Program-made: the position numbers and the translations under genes
Notes under the pieces: model-generated
Seen by the model: only the letters and a program-made list of their open reading frames with translations
Database searches by the model: none
What the model was told of the DNA's origin: nothing
Shown: piece after piece, positions 10,120 through 18,685 of the stretch
How the letters are laid out: each line of letters starts with the position of its first letter
How positions within the stretch are numbered: position 1 is the first letter of the stretch
From: a virus
Lineage: Duplodnaviria; Caudoviricetes
IMG/VR virus record: IMGVR_UViG_3300027887_000021
Span: 1 to 44,507 of that record
Direction: 5' to 3' (one strand)
Length of the DNA stretch: 44,507 bases

Positions 10120-10445
10120 CCACTGAAACTACTGCAAAGCCGAAGACCACTCGGGCTCATAAAGCCCCTGTTAAGCCTTCCATGGATCTACAGCGGATGT
10201 CTCCCTGGCTGCTGTGGACTTTGGTCATCATGGGATTCGTAGCTTGGAACCAGCCTCAGCAACTGGAGGTGGTCCTCTACAAAGCTGGACTGGTGACTGG
10301 GGCTGCGTGGCTTGGGTACTGGATTGATCGATCCTTGTTCACTCGATTCAGAGTCGAGGAAAAAAATGAGGACCTTGCTGTATCGATGATTCGCCGGGCG
10401 ATTGTGGTTGGATGCGTAGTTATTGGTATGACACTTGGTCTGTAA
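10116..10445 (+). CDS. putative holin (2/3-TM family)
   Basis: three hydrophobic segments, LYKxxLV...LGYWIDRSLF...RRAIVV motif; directly upstream of lysin. Confidence 0.8.
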   Translation: MTTETTAKPKTTRAHKAPVKPSMDLQRMSPWLLWTLVIMGFVAWNQPQQLEVVLYKAGLVTGAAWLGYWIDRSLFTRFRVEEKNEDLAVSMIRRAIVVGCVVIGMTLGL

Positions 10446-11323
10446 AACTCGCAGCCGTTATGGTTGGGGTTTTGTTTGCCATGCCGGTGCATGGCGACGT
10501 ACCTCGTGCCGCTCTGTTATACAGAAACGACCTGATCCGGGAAAGTCGAGCCGTGTGGGGACTGTCTTCTCCTGTTGCGACATTCGCGGGGCAGATCCAT
10601 CAAGAAAGTGGCTGGAACCCTTCCGCACGATCACCATTTGCTGCAGGACTGACGCAGTTTACTCCAGCGACTGCTGAGTGGATTGGCAGTGCGTATTCTG
10701 ATTACGTGGGCAAAGGTAACCCGCTAGAGCCTCAGTGGGCAATCCGCGCACTTGTTCAATACGATAGACACCTGTGGGATCGAGTGAGTGCTCGATACGA
10801 GTGTGACCGGATGGCTTTCACCTTGTCTGCTTACAATGGGGGAGCAGGGTGGGTAGCCAAGGACAAGAAAAAAGCAGCAGCTAATGGCTTGGATAGCGAG
10901 CTGTGGTTCGGCAATGTCGAATCGGTTAATGGTGGAAGAGCAGCTTGGGCTTTCAAGGAAAACCGGGACTACCCCCGAAAGATTTTGCTGAAGCATCAGC
11001 ACTTGTACGATTCATGGGGTCGTAAAACCCCTTGTGAGGCTACCAATGTTCGGACTCTTGAATCCGATAAGCATGGCTCAGAAGATAGCCGTAGCGGTGC
11101 TGGGGGTGCTGTTACTAGCGGGAGCAACCTACCATTTGACGAAGGTGACTTTGCTCAACAGACAAAACGCGAAGCTTGTAGCAACCGTCTCAGAGCAAGC
11201 GTCTCAGATTGCTCAACTCCAGTTTGCGAAACAATCCCTGGAACAGGCGAATCAAGCGTGGTCACAATCTGCAGACCGGCAAAATGCCCAGATCCAGTCG
11301 CTGTTAGCTGTTCAGAAGACTAG
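10412..11323 (+). CDS. endolysin, SLT lytic transglycosylase with signal-like N-terminus
   Basis: QIHQES, GLTQF and SAYNGG SLT motifs; the last ~95 codons overlap the i-spanin. Confidence 0.9.
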   Translation: MRSYWYDTWSVKLAAVMVGVLFAMPVHGDVPRAALLYRNDLIRESRAVWGLSSPVATFAGQIHQESGWNPSARSPFAAGLTQFTPATAEWIGSAYSDYVGKGNPLEPQWAIRALVQYDRHLWDRVSARYECDRMAFTLSAYNGGAGWVAKDKKKAAANGLDSELWFGNVESVNGGRAAWAFKENRDYPRKILLKHQHLYDSWGRKTPCEATNVRTLESDKHGSEDSRSGAGGAVTSGSNLPFDEGDFAQQTKREACSNRLRASVSDCSTPVCETIPGTGESSVVTICRPAKCPDPVAVSCSED

Positions 11324-11486
11324 CACCAAGCGCATGGCTAAAGAGATGGAACAGGCTAAAAAGAAGGCACAGCTCCATCAGGAAGAGGCGGCTCGCTGGA
11401 AGAAGCTCGCTCTATCTAAAGAGGGGGCTATGGAGAAAGAGCTGGAGAAGCGGTTCAACCAGTATCTGAAGGAGCGGCAGCAGTGA
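11046..11486 (+). CDS. i-spanin (Rz-like)
   Basis: N-terminal TM helix followed by coiled coil; follows lysin. Confidence 0.75.
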   Translation: MFGLLNPISMAQKIAVAVLGVLLLAGATYHLTKVTLLNRQNAKLVATVSEQASQIAQLQFAKQSLEQANQAWSQSADRQNAQIQSLLAVQKTSTKRMAKEMEQAKKKAQLHQEEAARWKKLALSKEGAMEKELEKRFNQYLKERQQ

Positions 11487-11752
11487 AACCAATATCACTC
11501 TCCCCCCTGCTGTTCTTGGCTGGCTGTGCATCTTGTCCAGAGCAAACCACTGTCTACGTACCCAAAGAGGTCATGGTCCCGGTCCCGATCTCGTGCCAAG
11601 CACCGGATGTGCAACGACCTGAGTACCTGCTGAACGACAAGCAGATAATTTCACTACCTCTCTTGTCGAAGTGCGCTGCCACCCTGAGTGAGGTGGAACA
11701 ACGAGAAGCCTACGAGCAACAACTGGAAGCCGCCTTGAAAGCGTGCAAGTGA
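11483..11752 (+). CDS. o-spanin (Rz1-like lipoprotein)
   Basis: lipobox LAGC, Pro-rich segment, ends ALKACK. Confidence 0.8.
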   Translation: MKPISLSPLLFLAGCASCPEQTTVYVPKEVMVPVPISCQAPDVQRPEYLLNDKQIISLPLLSKCAATLSEVEQREAYEQQLEAALKACK

Positions 11753-11759
11753 GATCACC

Positions 11760-11933
11760 ATGCCTTACAAGTCCAAAAAGCAGCGTCGATATTTTCTAGC
11801 GTGCGAACACGGCTACGAGCCTCCCGGCGGCAAGAAGTGCCCCCCGCAAAGCGTGATCGATGAATTCGAAGGCAAAAGGGTCGAGAAGGCGTGCAAGCGC
11901 AAGCGGATGAAAAAGATGCTGCCTCTGGATTGA
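11760..11933 (+). CDS. small basic protein, 57 aa (MPYKSKKQRRYF...), not in the ORF track
   Basis: read by hand; fills the gap; MP[FY]KSxxQRR start is common in phage small proteins. Confidence 0.6.
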   Translation: MPYKSKKQRRYFLACEHGYEPPGGKKCPPQSVIDEFEGKRVEKACKRKRMKKMLPLD

Positions 11934-11958
11934 CAACCAGCCCCTTCTAAGGTAATTT
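11930..11958 (+). promoter_or_regulatory. sigma70-type promoter
   Basis: TTGACA-17 bp-TAATTT, upstream of AGGAGG RBS of AAA gene. Confidence 0.55.
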
Positions 11959-11980
11959 CCTCTCCAGCCTAGGAGGGGTC

Positions 11981-13192
11981 ATGCTTTGGTTTGCTGTTCA
12001 TTCTCGGGTGCCGATCATCACGGCAACCACCTCCGACACCGTAAATATTGCCCATTACTTAATGGCATCGTTTGGTGTCTGCTATCCCTTTCAAGGCAAG
12101 ATCAATTCTGATCGTCTCTACTACTGCTTCGACAGTCCGCTGTTGAGTCAGACGAAAATAGCGGCTCCCTGGTCCAACTTTATCGAGCTATCCAGATCCC
12201 TGGAAGGTGAAGGGTCGTCTCTGCTCGTCATCAATCCAAGTAACTCCATTCAAGAAGCTTTCGACGTTGGCGAGGTAGTCTTTCAGCCGGAGTACATTCT
12301 TTCCACGCTGAAAAAAATGTTCCCCGACGTTTTTGAAGAGGAGGAGGATGCGAAATGGAAGTTCGCTGTGCGTGGATTGACTGCGAAGCAAGCCATCGAT
12401 ATTTTCAAGTTTGCTCGTCATTCGTACTCCCATCTTTCTGCGGTCTCGGCTTTTCGAAAAGCTCGCTCCAAAATAATTGGGCACCGGAAGGGACTTTTTG
12501 AGGTGCCTGTGGAGCAGGATTTCTACTACGTAGAACCGCACATCGAAGAGTGGATTGCGCTGAACAGACCTTTCTTCAAGCAGAAGGTCGATCATCGTTT
12601 AGTGCCACGGGGCTTGCTGTTTTCCGGACCTCCTGGAGTGGGAAAAAGCATGGCAGCAAAGCGCATCGCTGCTGAGATGGATGTGCCTTTGTACCGACTG
12701 GACCTTGCTGCTTCTCTGTCCAAGTGGCACGGAGAAAGCGAAGCCAACCTCGCCAAGTCTCTTGCTGTCATTGATCAGGAAGAGCCGTGCGTATTGCTCA
12801 TCGATGAGGTCGAGAAGATCTTCTCCTCGTCGGCAGATGAGGTGTCCTCGCGTTTGTTGTCACAGTTGTTGTGGTGGCTTCAGGAGCACGATAGTCGAGT
12901 GCTTACCGTGATGACGACCAACGATTTGGAGGCTCTGCCGAAGGAGATCTACCGCAAAGGTCGAGTGGATCGAACCATCTCGATCCAGGTCCTTGGGGAT
13001 GGAGAGGCTCAGCTTCTGGCTAGGACCCTGCTCGATACGTTCCCGATGGGTCAAGCGCAGAGGAAGAAGATTCTTGCTGCGGTTGAAAAGACTTTGGGCG
13101 ACAGTGCCTTAGGTCTTGCCCACGCCGACGTAGTGCAATTGGTTTATGAGCACATCAAAAAAGAGAAGTTTGACAAGCTGAAAAATCTGTAG
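11981..13192 (+). CDS. AAA+ ATPase (SpoVK/Ycf46-like)
   Basis: Walker A GPPGVGKS, Walker B LLIDE, TTN sensor, RKGRVD arginine finger. Confidence 0.85.
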   Translation: MLWFAVHSRVPIITATTSDTVNIAHYLMASFGVCYPFQGKINSDRLYYCFDSPLLSQTKIAAPWSNFIELSRSLEGEGSSLLVINPSNSIQEAFDVGEVVFQPEYILSTLKKMFPDVFEEEEDAKWKFAVRGLTAKQAIDIFKFARHSYSHLSAVSAFRKARSKIIGHRKGLFEVPVEQDFYYVEPHIEEWIALNRPFFKQKVDHRLVPRGLLFSGPPGVGKSMAAKRIAAEMDVPLYRLDLAASLSKWHGESEANLAKSLAVIDQEEPCVLLIDEVEKIFSSSADEVSSRLLSQLLWWLQEHDSRVLTVMTTNDLEALPKEIYRKGRVDRTISIQVLGDGEAQLLARTLLDTFPMGQAQRKKILAAVEKTLGDSALGLAHADVVQLVYEHIKKEKFDKLKNL

Positions 13193-13249
13193 TCGAATTC
13201 GTTTGCCACATCCGCCATACCGGCGTAATCTTTTCCCGAGGAGGGGACA

Positions 13250-13756
13250 ATGGAACTGCACACTGATTTCAATCTGAAGAAGATCAAGGGCACCAACCCT
13301 CACAACGAGTATTTCGTTATTACCCAGACCCCCGCTATGACGGTGGGTGTCCGTGCATTTTTGCAGCCATCCTTTGGAGGTGAGCTGGTGCTGGGGATGC
13401 GCGTCAGGGCTCTGACCAATTCTCCTGAGACTGCTGCCGAGGACACCGGTCTGGAGCTGATTCCCAAGTCAGACGAGCACGCCAGCCAGACCTTCGTGAT
13501 CCCGCTGGGTAACCTGTTCACCCTGGCGGCGGAAGCGGTGATTGCTCGCATCCAGGAAAACAACCTGGGTCAGGTGATGACCGACCACATCGTCGGTGCG
13601 CTGAAGAAGACCATTGGGGTCACCGAGCCAGAGTTCGTGGTCAGCGAGGCTCTGCAGGCTGTCATCGATGATGTGAAGATGCGAGCCGACGAGGATGAAG
13701 TTGATTTCACTGTTCACGCAGCCGAGAAGCTGTCGAAGAACGATTACGACGGCTGA
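13250..13756 (+). CDS. hypothetical protein
   Basis: strong GAGGAGG RBS, followed by terminator. Confidence 0.7.
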   Translation: MELHTDFNLKKIKGTNPHNEYFVITQTPAMTVGVRAFLQPSFGGELVLGMRVRALTNSPETAAEDTGLELIPKSDEHASQTFVIPLGNLFTLAAEAVIARIQENNLGQVMTDHIVGALKKTIGVTEPEFVVSEALQAVIDDVKMRADEDEVDFTVHAAEKLSKNDYDG

Positions 13757-13773
13757 TGCTTTTGCTCCCTTGT

Positions 13774-13801
13774 GCCCGCCTTAATCGGCGGGCTTTTTTT
13801 T
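13774..13801 (+). terminator. intrinsic terminator
   Basis: GCCCGCC-TTAATC-GGCGGGC plus T8. Confidence 0.85.
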
Positions 13802-13812
13802 GTGGAGGACCC

Positions 13813-14892
13813 ATGCTGGACTCAGACAGGCTGGAACTGGCTCTAGGACGCTCTGCGGCTCGATTGATCCGCCAGATCAGGTACTGGGGCAAACGCGGCG
13901 CAGGGAAGCTCGCAGGGGATCAGAGATGGGTCTACAACACGCAGGAGGAGTGGGCTAAGCAGGCAGCGGTGTCTGTGCGGTCCATCCGCTATGCCGTTGC
14001 TCGCCTGAGAAAGCTGGGCATCCTCCAGGTGGCTTACCTCAACAAGAGCCCCTTCGACAGGACCCAGTGGTTCTACCTCGATGAGGAGAAACTGGCAAAA
14101 ACCCTTGTCACTATCGATCCGGCAAACCTTGCCGCATCAGAACCGGCAAACCTTGCCGCATCAGAACCGGCACACTTTGCCGGTTGTTATGAACAAAGAA
14201 ATACTCAAGGAGATTACTTCAAGGAGATTAACGGCGAGCTATTCGCTCGCCCTAAAAACCCCCCAGGAGAATTTCCTCTCTCTGCAGGAGAAGAGAAGAA
14301 GAGAGAAAATAGAGGTATATCTATTTCCTCCTATGGAAAGTCAGAAAAGGATTCCGCGCGGGCAATTAATTTCACAGGTGGTGGTGAGATGAAGGTCAAC
14401 GAGCTGAAGGACAAGGCAACCGAGCGTATCCGCAACCCCAAGGTCCCGGAGGCTAAGGTTTACTCGCTGGCGCGTTACTGGGCAGAGACTGTGCCCCTGG
14501 TCTCTACGCAGCGGAAGGTGGTCGTTGGTGGCAAGGAGCGTGGGTTGATGAAGACCATGCTCAGGACTCTAGGAGATGATGCGCCCTCGATCCTGGCGAA
14601 GGTGGTCAATCATTGGGATGACTATCGTCGCCACCTCCGAGAGTATGAAGCCCTCTATGATTCCCCTATCGAACCTAACCTCCCGTATCTCATCGCACAT
14701 TTACAGAGTGCCTTGGATTTGACAGTCGGCACAAAAGCCAACAAACTCCCGGAAAAGAAAAAGCAGAGCGAATACGTTAACTACGAAGCCGCGTATTTGC
14801 CCTACTGGAAAACGCAGAAACCCATTCCATGGGTAGGGCTGGCTGGGAATGCAGATGAGCCAAGTACAGACGACGAAAAATCAGGTAATTGA
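13813..14892 (+). CDS. replication initiator (lambda O-like, N-terminal winged HTH)
   Basis: WVYNTQEEWA...SVRSIRYAVARLRKLG...FDRTQWF; internal iterons; upstream of loader and DnaB; start reassigned to ATG after GGAGG. Confidence 0.8.
   Translation: MLDSDRLELALGRSAARLIRQIRYWGKRGAGKLAGDQRWVYNTQEEWAKQAAVSVRSIRYAVARLRKLGILQVAYLNKSPFDRTQWFYLDEEKLAKTLVTIDPANLAASEPANLAASEPAHFAGCYEQRNTQGDYFKEINGELFARPKNPPGEFPLSAGEEKKRENRGISISSYGKSEKDSARAINFTGGGEMKVNELKDKATERIRNPKVPEAKVYSLARYWAETVPLVSTQRKVVVGGKERGLMKTMLRTLGDDAPSILAKVVNHWDDYRRHLREYEALYDSPIEPNLPYLIAHLQSALDLTVGTKANKLPEKKKQSEYVNYEAAYLPYWKTQKPIPWVGLAGNADEPSTDDEKSGN
14119..14183. repeat. 24-bp tandem iterons, putative replication origin
   Basis: CCGGCAAACCTTGCCGCATCAGAA twice plus a partial third; each holds the dyad CGGCAA..TTGCCG; A-rich tract follows. 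Confidence 0.75.
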
Positions 14893-15412
14893 TACGGTCT
14901 ACCATGCTCGTCTTCTGGAGAGCCTGCATGAGGTCGTTTCTGTTGCCGGAATTTCCAAGGATCAGATCTTCAAATCTGCCACGGAGATTTGTGGGCAGGA
15001 AGAGATCCAGTGGATTGTCGATTTTCGCAAGCACCGTTTTGCAGACCGTAGGGCTGGCCTTTGCTTTACTGGGGCTTACCATCGCATGGTGCCTCGCATG
15101 TCTGCTCTGGTTGCTGTCCTGCTTCGCAACTACATCGATGCGAGACTGGTCACTTTGAATCGTCTATTTGATGAGGAGGATTCTGCAGCGGAGGAAGCCT
15201 CTGCTCTGTTCGTTCCAAACTTCTATGTCTCTGCAGAGGGGAAGCCTCTTTCTGCGTGGCAATCTCAGATTGTTTTTGATCGTCTGACCAATCGGTTTTC
15301 CAGGTCGCAGATGTCCATTCTGTTTGTCCAGGACTTCGCAATGATGGGCAAGCATTATGGCTCTGCAATGCGGGACTTCATCCAAGAAGAATTCGATGTA
15401 CTGGGGGCGTAA
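14849..15412 (+). CDS. putative helicase loader (degenerate DnaC-like)
   Basis: position between initiator and DnaB; DnaC-like layout but no Walker A GKT. Confidence 0.45.
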   Translation: MQMSQVQTTKNQVIDTVYHARLLESLHEVVSVAGISKDQIFKSATEICGQEEIQWIVDFRKHRFADRRAGLCFTGAYHRMVPRMSALVAVLLRNYIDARLVTLNRLFDEEDSAAEEASALFVPNFYVSAEGKPLSAWQSQIVFDRLTNRFSRSQMSILFVQDFAMMGKHYGSAMRDFIQEEFDVLGA

Positions 15413-16681
15413 ATGGATGTTGGAGGTTTTGCGCTTTTGGCTCTGTGCCGGGAGCAAGATGTTGCTGCGTATGTTGCCGCGCATTTCACTGAGGATTATT
15501 TCCTTGATGAGGAAGAGGTCGAGCTATTTGCGAAGTGCCAGGACTTCGTTTCCAAATACCACAAGCTTCCTACCCTACAGACGTTGGAAGAGATCTTCGG
15601 CACTCTGCCCGAGTGTCCTGAGCCTCCTCCCTTCTACTGCGATTTAACGACTGAGCGATTTGTCCACCGGACCCTCAACTCCGGTCTGTATGAATGTAGT
15701 GGCTTTGTCAAATCGCAGGAGCTGGAAAAAGCGATACTGCGTTTGAAGGAAGTGCTGAATATCGTGACCGCTGCCATTTATCGGCAGACCATGGTGGAGT
15801 TCGCTGAAGACGCTCATGCTCTCATCCAGGAGGCGTATACCGCCAAGCTTCTGGGCACCGATGGTGGGGCGATTCTGACCGGCTGGGAGACCCTCGATCA
15901 CATGAGCGGAGGGATTGGAGCCGGGGACATCGTGTCCATCGTGGGCCGACCAGCCACGGGCAAATCTTGGAATTCGCTTTACATCGCGCACAACATTTGG
16001 TGGGAGCAGGAGCGTAGTGTGCTGTTCGTCTCGATGGAGATGGACACCCTGTCACTGACTCAACGTCTGGCAGCGATGCACACCCATTTGTCCATCTCCT
16101 CTCTCAAGGCTGCAAGCTTGGAGAACGCTCATCAGGCACATCTAGCCTCTTCCCTCGTTGCTATCAAGGACCATCCTTCCAAGCTCTGGATCGTGGATGG
16201 CAACTTGACGAGCACTCCTACCGATATCTTCTCCCTGGCTTCGCACCTTAACCCTGACATTGTCATCGTGGATGGTGCCTACTTGATGCGGCATGAAAAT
16301 CCAAAGCTGGATCGTTTCACCCGAGTAGCGGATAACGTCGAGCAGGTTAAGCGAGGTGCCTCTTCTCTCAAGATGCCGGTGATCTGTTCGTGGCAGTTCA
16401 ACCGTGAGGGTACGAAGAAAAAGAAGGGGAAGGATTACGAGGTCGGCATCGAGCACATCGCTTACTCCGACGCAATCGGTCAGGTGTCCTCGATCATCCT
16501 GGGCCTGCTGCAGACCGATTCAGTGGAGACGCTGCAGGCTCGCGAGATCCAGATCCTCAAGATGCGAGAGGGGCCGATTGGAGCCTTCAAAATCCGCTGG
16601 GACTTTAAGTCCATGGATTTCACTGAGATCCCGCTCACCGAAGGGGAAACAGTGCAATTTGAACAGCTCAGTCATACTTGA
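15413..16681 (+). CDS. dnaB: replicative helicase DnaB family
   Basis: TGWETLD...G, GRPATGKS, FVSMEM, IVDG, QFNRE, LKMREG. Confidence 0.93.
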   Translation: MDVGGFALLALCREQDVAAYVAAHFTEDYFLDEEEVELFAKCQDFVSKYHKLPTLQTLEEIFGTLPECPEPPPFYCDLTTERFVHRTLNSGLYECSGFVKSQELEKAILRLKEVLNIVTAAIYRQTMVEFAEDAHALIQEAYTAKLLGTDGGAILTGWETLDHMSGGIGAGDIVSIVGRPATGKSWNSLYIAHNIWWEQERSVLFVSMEMDTLSLTQRLAAMHTHLSISSLKAASLENAHQAHLASSLVAIKDHPSKLWIVDGNLTSTPTDIFSLASHLNPDIVIVDGAYLMRHENPKLDRFTRVADNVEQVKRGASSLKMPVICSWQFNREGTKKKKGKDYEVGIEHIAYSDAIGQVSSIILGLLQTDSVETLQAREIQILKMREGPIGAFKIRWDFKSMDFTEIPLTEGETVQFEQLSHT

Positions 16682-16713
16682 CATATCACAGGTTTGATAC
16701 TTAAATTTGTCTT

Positions 16714-16783
16714 GAAACCCCGGACCAGTGCCACAGGACCCCCTTCCCACCTGTCGGCCCCCTTCTGATCCGGGGTTTCTTTT
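16714..16783 (+). ncRNA. candidate ~70 nt small RNA or long terminator hairpin
   Basis: GAAACCCCGGA...TCCGGGGTTTC plus TTTT with nested stems, downstream of TTGACA(16678)-18 bp-TAAATT. Confidence 0.45.
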
Positions 16784-16793
16784 GCCTTCCTAG

Positions 16794-16859
16794 TTGACAA
16801 ACGCCCAGGTCTCGTGGGAATATACTCCTCACAGACACATGGCAGACAGGAGTGAGACC
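16794..16859 (+). promoter_or_regulatory. repeated promoter/RBS unit, copy 1
   Basis: TTGACA-21 bp-TATACT...ACATGGCAGACAGGAGTGAGACC-ATG. Confidence 0.6.
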
Positions 16860-17129
16860 ATGAAATCCAAGACCGCGCTGTTCGCCGCCCTCGCCGAGAT
16901 TACTGGCGACGCAACCTTCGTAACCGAGGGTCTGAGGCATCACCGAGTCAGCGACGAGACCTTCGGGCGCAAGAGTTTCATCTACCTCTTCGCCAAGAAG
17001 GACACTCGTAAGCAGCTCTATCGGGAGCTGGTCAATCGGGGCTTCAAGGCGACTCTCACGGATCACCGGGACGACTCTCCCATCGATGTTCAGGTCAGCT
17101 ACTTCAAGGGCTGGCACTGGGACGAGTGA
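16860..17129 (+). CDS. small hypothetical (early-type) protein
   Basis: AGGAG RBS, own promoter. Confidence 0.7.
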   Translation: MKSKTALFAALAEITGDATFVTEGLRHHRVSDETFGRKSFIYLFAKKDTRKQLYRELVNRGFKATLTDHRDDSPIDVQVSYFKGWHWDE

Positions 17130-17188
17130 TTGACAACCCTACAGGTCTATGAGACGATAATTGCACTACATGGAGACAGGAGTGGACC
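17130..17188 (+). promoter_or_regulatory. repeated promoter/RBS unit, copy 2
   Basis: TTGACA-20 bp-GATAAT...ACATGGAGACAGGAGTGGACC-ATG. Confidence 0.6.
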
Positions 17189-17386
17189 ATGAGGCTCAGC
17201 TACGAATCTCTCACCGGGCGGCTGGTTTCGTTGGAGATCACCTCCATCAGCCCCGTTAAGGACAAGTGGGGCAGGTTCATGTACCACCACATCTACCTGA
17301 AGGGTCGCAAGCAGTCGGTGCGCGTCGATGACGCTAACGTGTACCGGGGCTGGAACCTGATCGGCATCGAGCCGGAAATCCACTGA
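17189..17386 (+). CDS. small hypothetical protein
   Basis: AGGAG RBS, own promoter. Confidence 0.7.
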   Translation: MRLSYESLTGRLVSLEITSISPVKDKWGRFMYHHIYLKGRKQSVRVDDANVYRGWNLIGIEPEIH

Positions 17387-17409
17387 CACCTACAACTGGG
17401 GAGCAAACC

Positions 17410-17856
17410 ATGAGCACTATGAAGATCGTCTACAGCACCTCCTTCTACTCGCCCACTGGCTGGTCGGCGCAGATCAAGGTCGAGTGGCCGGAGTACTGGT
17501 GGTCCTCGCCGTTCGATGTCCATCTGCGCTCCGTCTATGATGCAGAGGCGAAGAAGTGGACCTACGACCTGAGCGGCGGCTGGGGCACGGGTGGCTGGCA
17601 GTCTGGGGTGCCCTTCAGTACCATTTGCGCCGCGATGGAGAAGATCATGTCCTTCGCGAAATACTTGGAGGGGCAGCTCGATCACAACCTTGTGACGCTG
17701 GGGCTGATCAACAACGAGAAGGCACTGCAGAAAGCCATCGAGCGGTCCATCCAGGACGCAGCGCACTTCTGCGCCAGGATCGAGGCCCAGGTGATGACCT
17801 TCCAGCAGTGGGCAGACCTGATTGCCGAAGAGCGTGCAGCGAAGAATGCAGCCTGA
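17410..17856 (+). CDS. hypothetical protein
   Basis: GGAG RBS, GC3-biased codons. Confidence 0.7.
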   Translation: MSTMKIVYSTSFYSPTGWSAQIKVEWPEYWWSSPFDVHLRSVYDAEAKKWTYDLSGGWGTGGWQSGVPFSTICAAMEKIMSFAKYLEGQLDHNLVTLGLINNEKALQKAIERSIQDAAHFCARIEAQVMTFQQWADLIAEERAAKNAA

Positions 17857-17861
17857 TTGAC

Positions 17862-17892
17862 AATCTTTCTCCCTTCGGGGAGGATTCTTTTT
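17862..17892 (+). terminator. UUCG hairpin, likely terminator overlapping a TTGACA promoter
   Basis: CTCCC-TTCG-GGGAG followed by GATTCTTTTT. Confidence 0.55.
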
Positions 17893-17908
17893 GTCTGGAG
17901 GAGGAAAC

Positions 17909-18319
17909 ATGGTTACAAAGACGAAGGCCAAACAGGCGACAGTCCAGGCCAATCTGATCCAGGAAGTGGTCGAGACCCTTGCTGATCTGAAGGAGAAGAT
18001 CAAGGAGCTGTCCGCACTGGAGGATCAGTACGACAAGCAGCGCAAGTTTCTGCTTAATCTGATTCCAGACAAGGTCCCCAAGGATCAGCCTTTTGTCTTT
18101 GAGGGGATCGAGCACAATGTCGAGTTTTCTCCTCAGAGCGAGAAGCGGAAAGTTACCGACATGAAGAGGCTGGCTGAGCTGATCGGCATCGATGTCTTTT
18201 TTGATATTTGTACGGTTCCCCTCAAGGAAGTTGACAAGTACCTCACCGAGCTTGAGGCTGAGCAGGTTGTCGAGACCAATCGTACCGGAGCACGGGTGAT
18301 GAAGGTGGTGGACAAATGA
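17909..18319 (+). CDS. hypothetical protein (N-terminal coiled coil)
   Basis: GGAGGAGG RBS before ATG 17909. Confidence 0.7.
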   Translation: MVTKTKAKQATVQANLIQEVVETLADLKEKIKELSALEDQYDKQRKFLLNLIPDKVPKDQPFVFEGIEHNVEFSPQSEKRKVTDMKRLAELIGIDVFFDICTVPLKEVDKYLTELEAEQVVETNRTGARVMKVVDK

Positions 18320-18510
18320 AGCTGATCGAGGACATCAGGAAGGTTCTGCGGAGTCGAGACAGTCTGTACCAGGAGATTGTCTCTCTGGAGAAGGAGAATC
18401 AGCGACTGCAGGTTGAGGTCCATAAGCTCAAGGAAGCATTCGCCGAGGTGACCACTGTTCTCTGCTACGTGCGAGACGTAACTACCACTGCGGCAAGTCG
18501 CAATGTCTGA
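18316..18510 (+). CDS. small coiled-coil protein
   Basis: ATGA coupling with upstream gene. Confidence 0.6.
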   Translation: MKLIEDIRKVLRSRDSLYQEIVSLEKENQRLQVEVHKLKEAFAEVTTVLCYVRDVTTTAASRNV

Positions 18511-18685
18511 TGCCCCTCTTCGTTACCGGTTCTGTTCGAACTGCCAAACGCACAAGCGAGAGGAAACCGGTGCTTGGAAGGTGAGCAACGGGGTCAGACG
18601 ATTCGTGTGCTTTTCGTGCCGACAGAAGAAGAACCAAAGTGGATTTGCATCAGGGCGAACAGTTTCTACTAGCTCTCGGAGCTGA
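18503..18685 (+). CDS. small Zn-ribbon protein
   Basis: CSNC...CFSC. Confidence 0.55.
   Translation: MSDAPLRYRFCSNCQTHKREETGAWKVSNGVRRFVCFSCRQKKNQSGFASGRTVSTSSRS

Noticed and set aside
13756-13812. ORF-track start of the initiator at 13756
   Set aside because: It would translate through a terminator hairpin; ATG 13813 has a GGAGG RBS.
14119-14183. 24-bp repeats as a CRISPR array
   Set aside because: The repeats are contiguous with no spacers and lie in frame inside an initiator gene, so iterons fit better.
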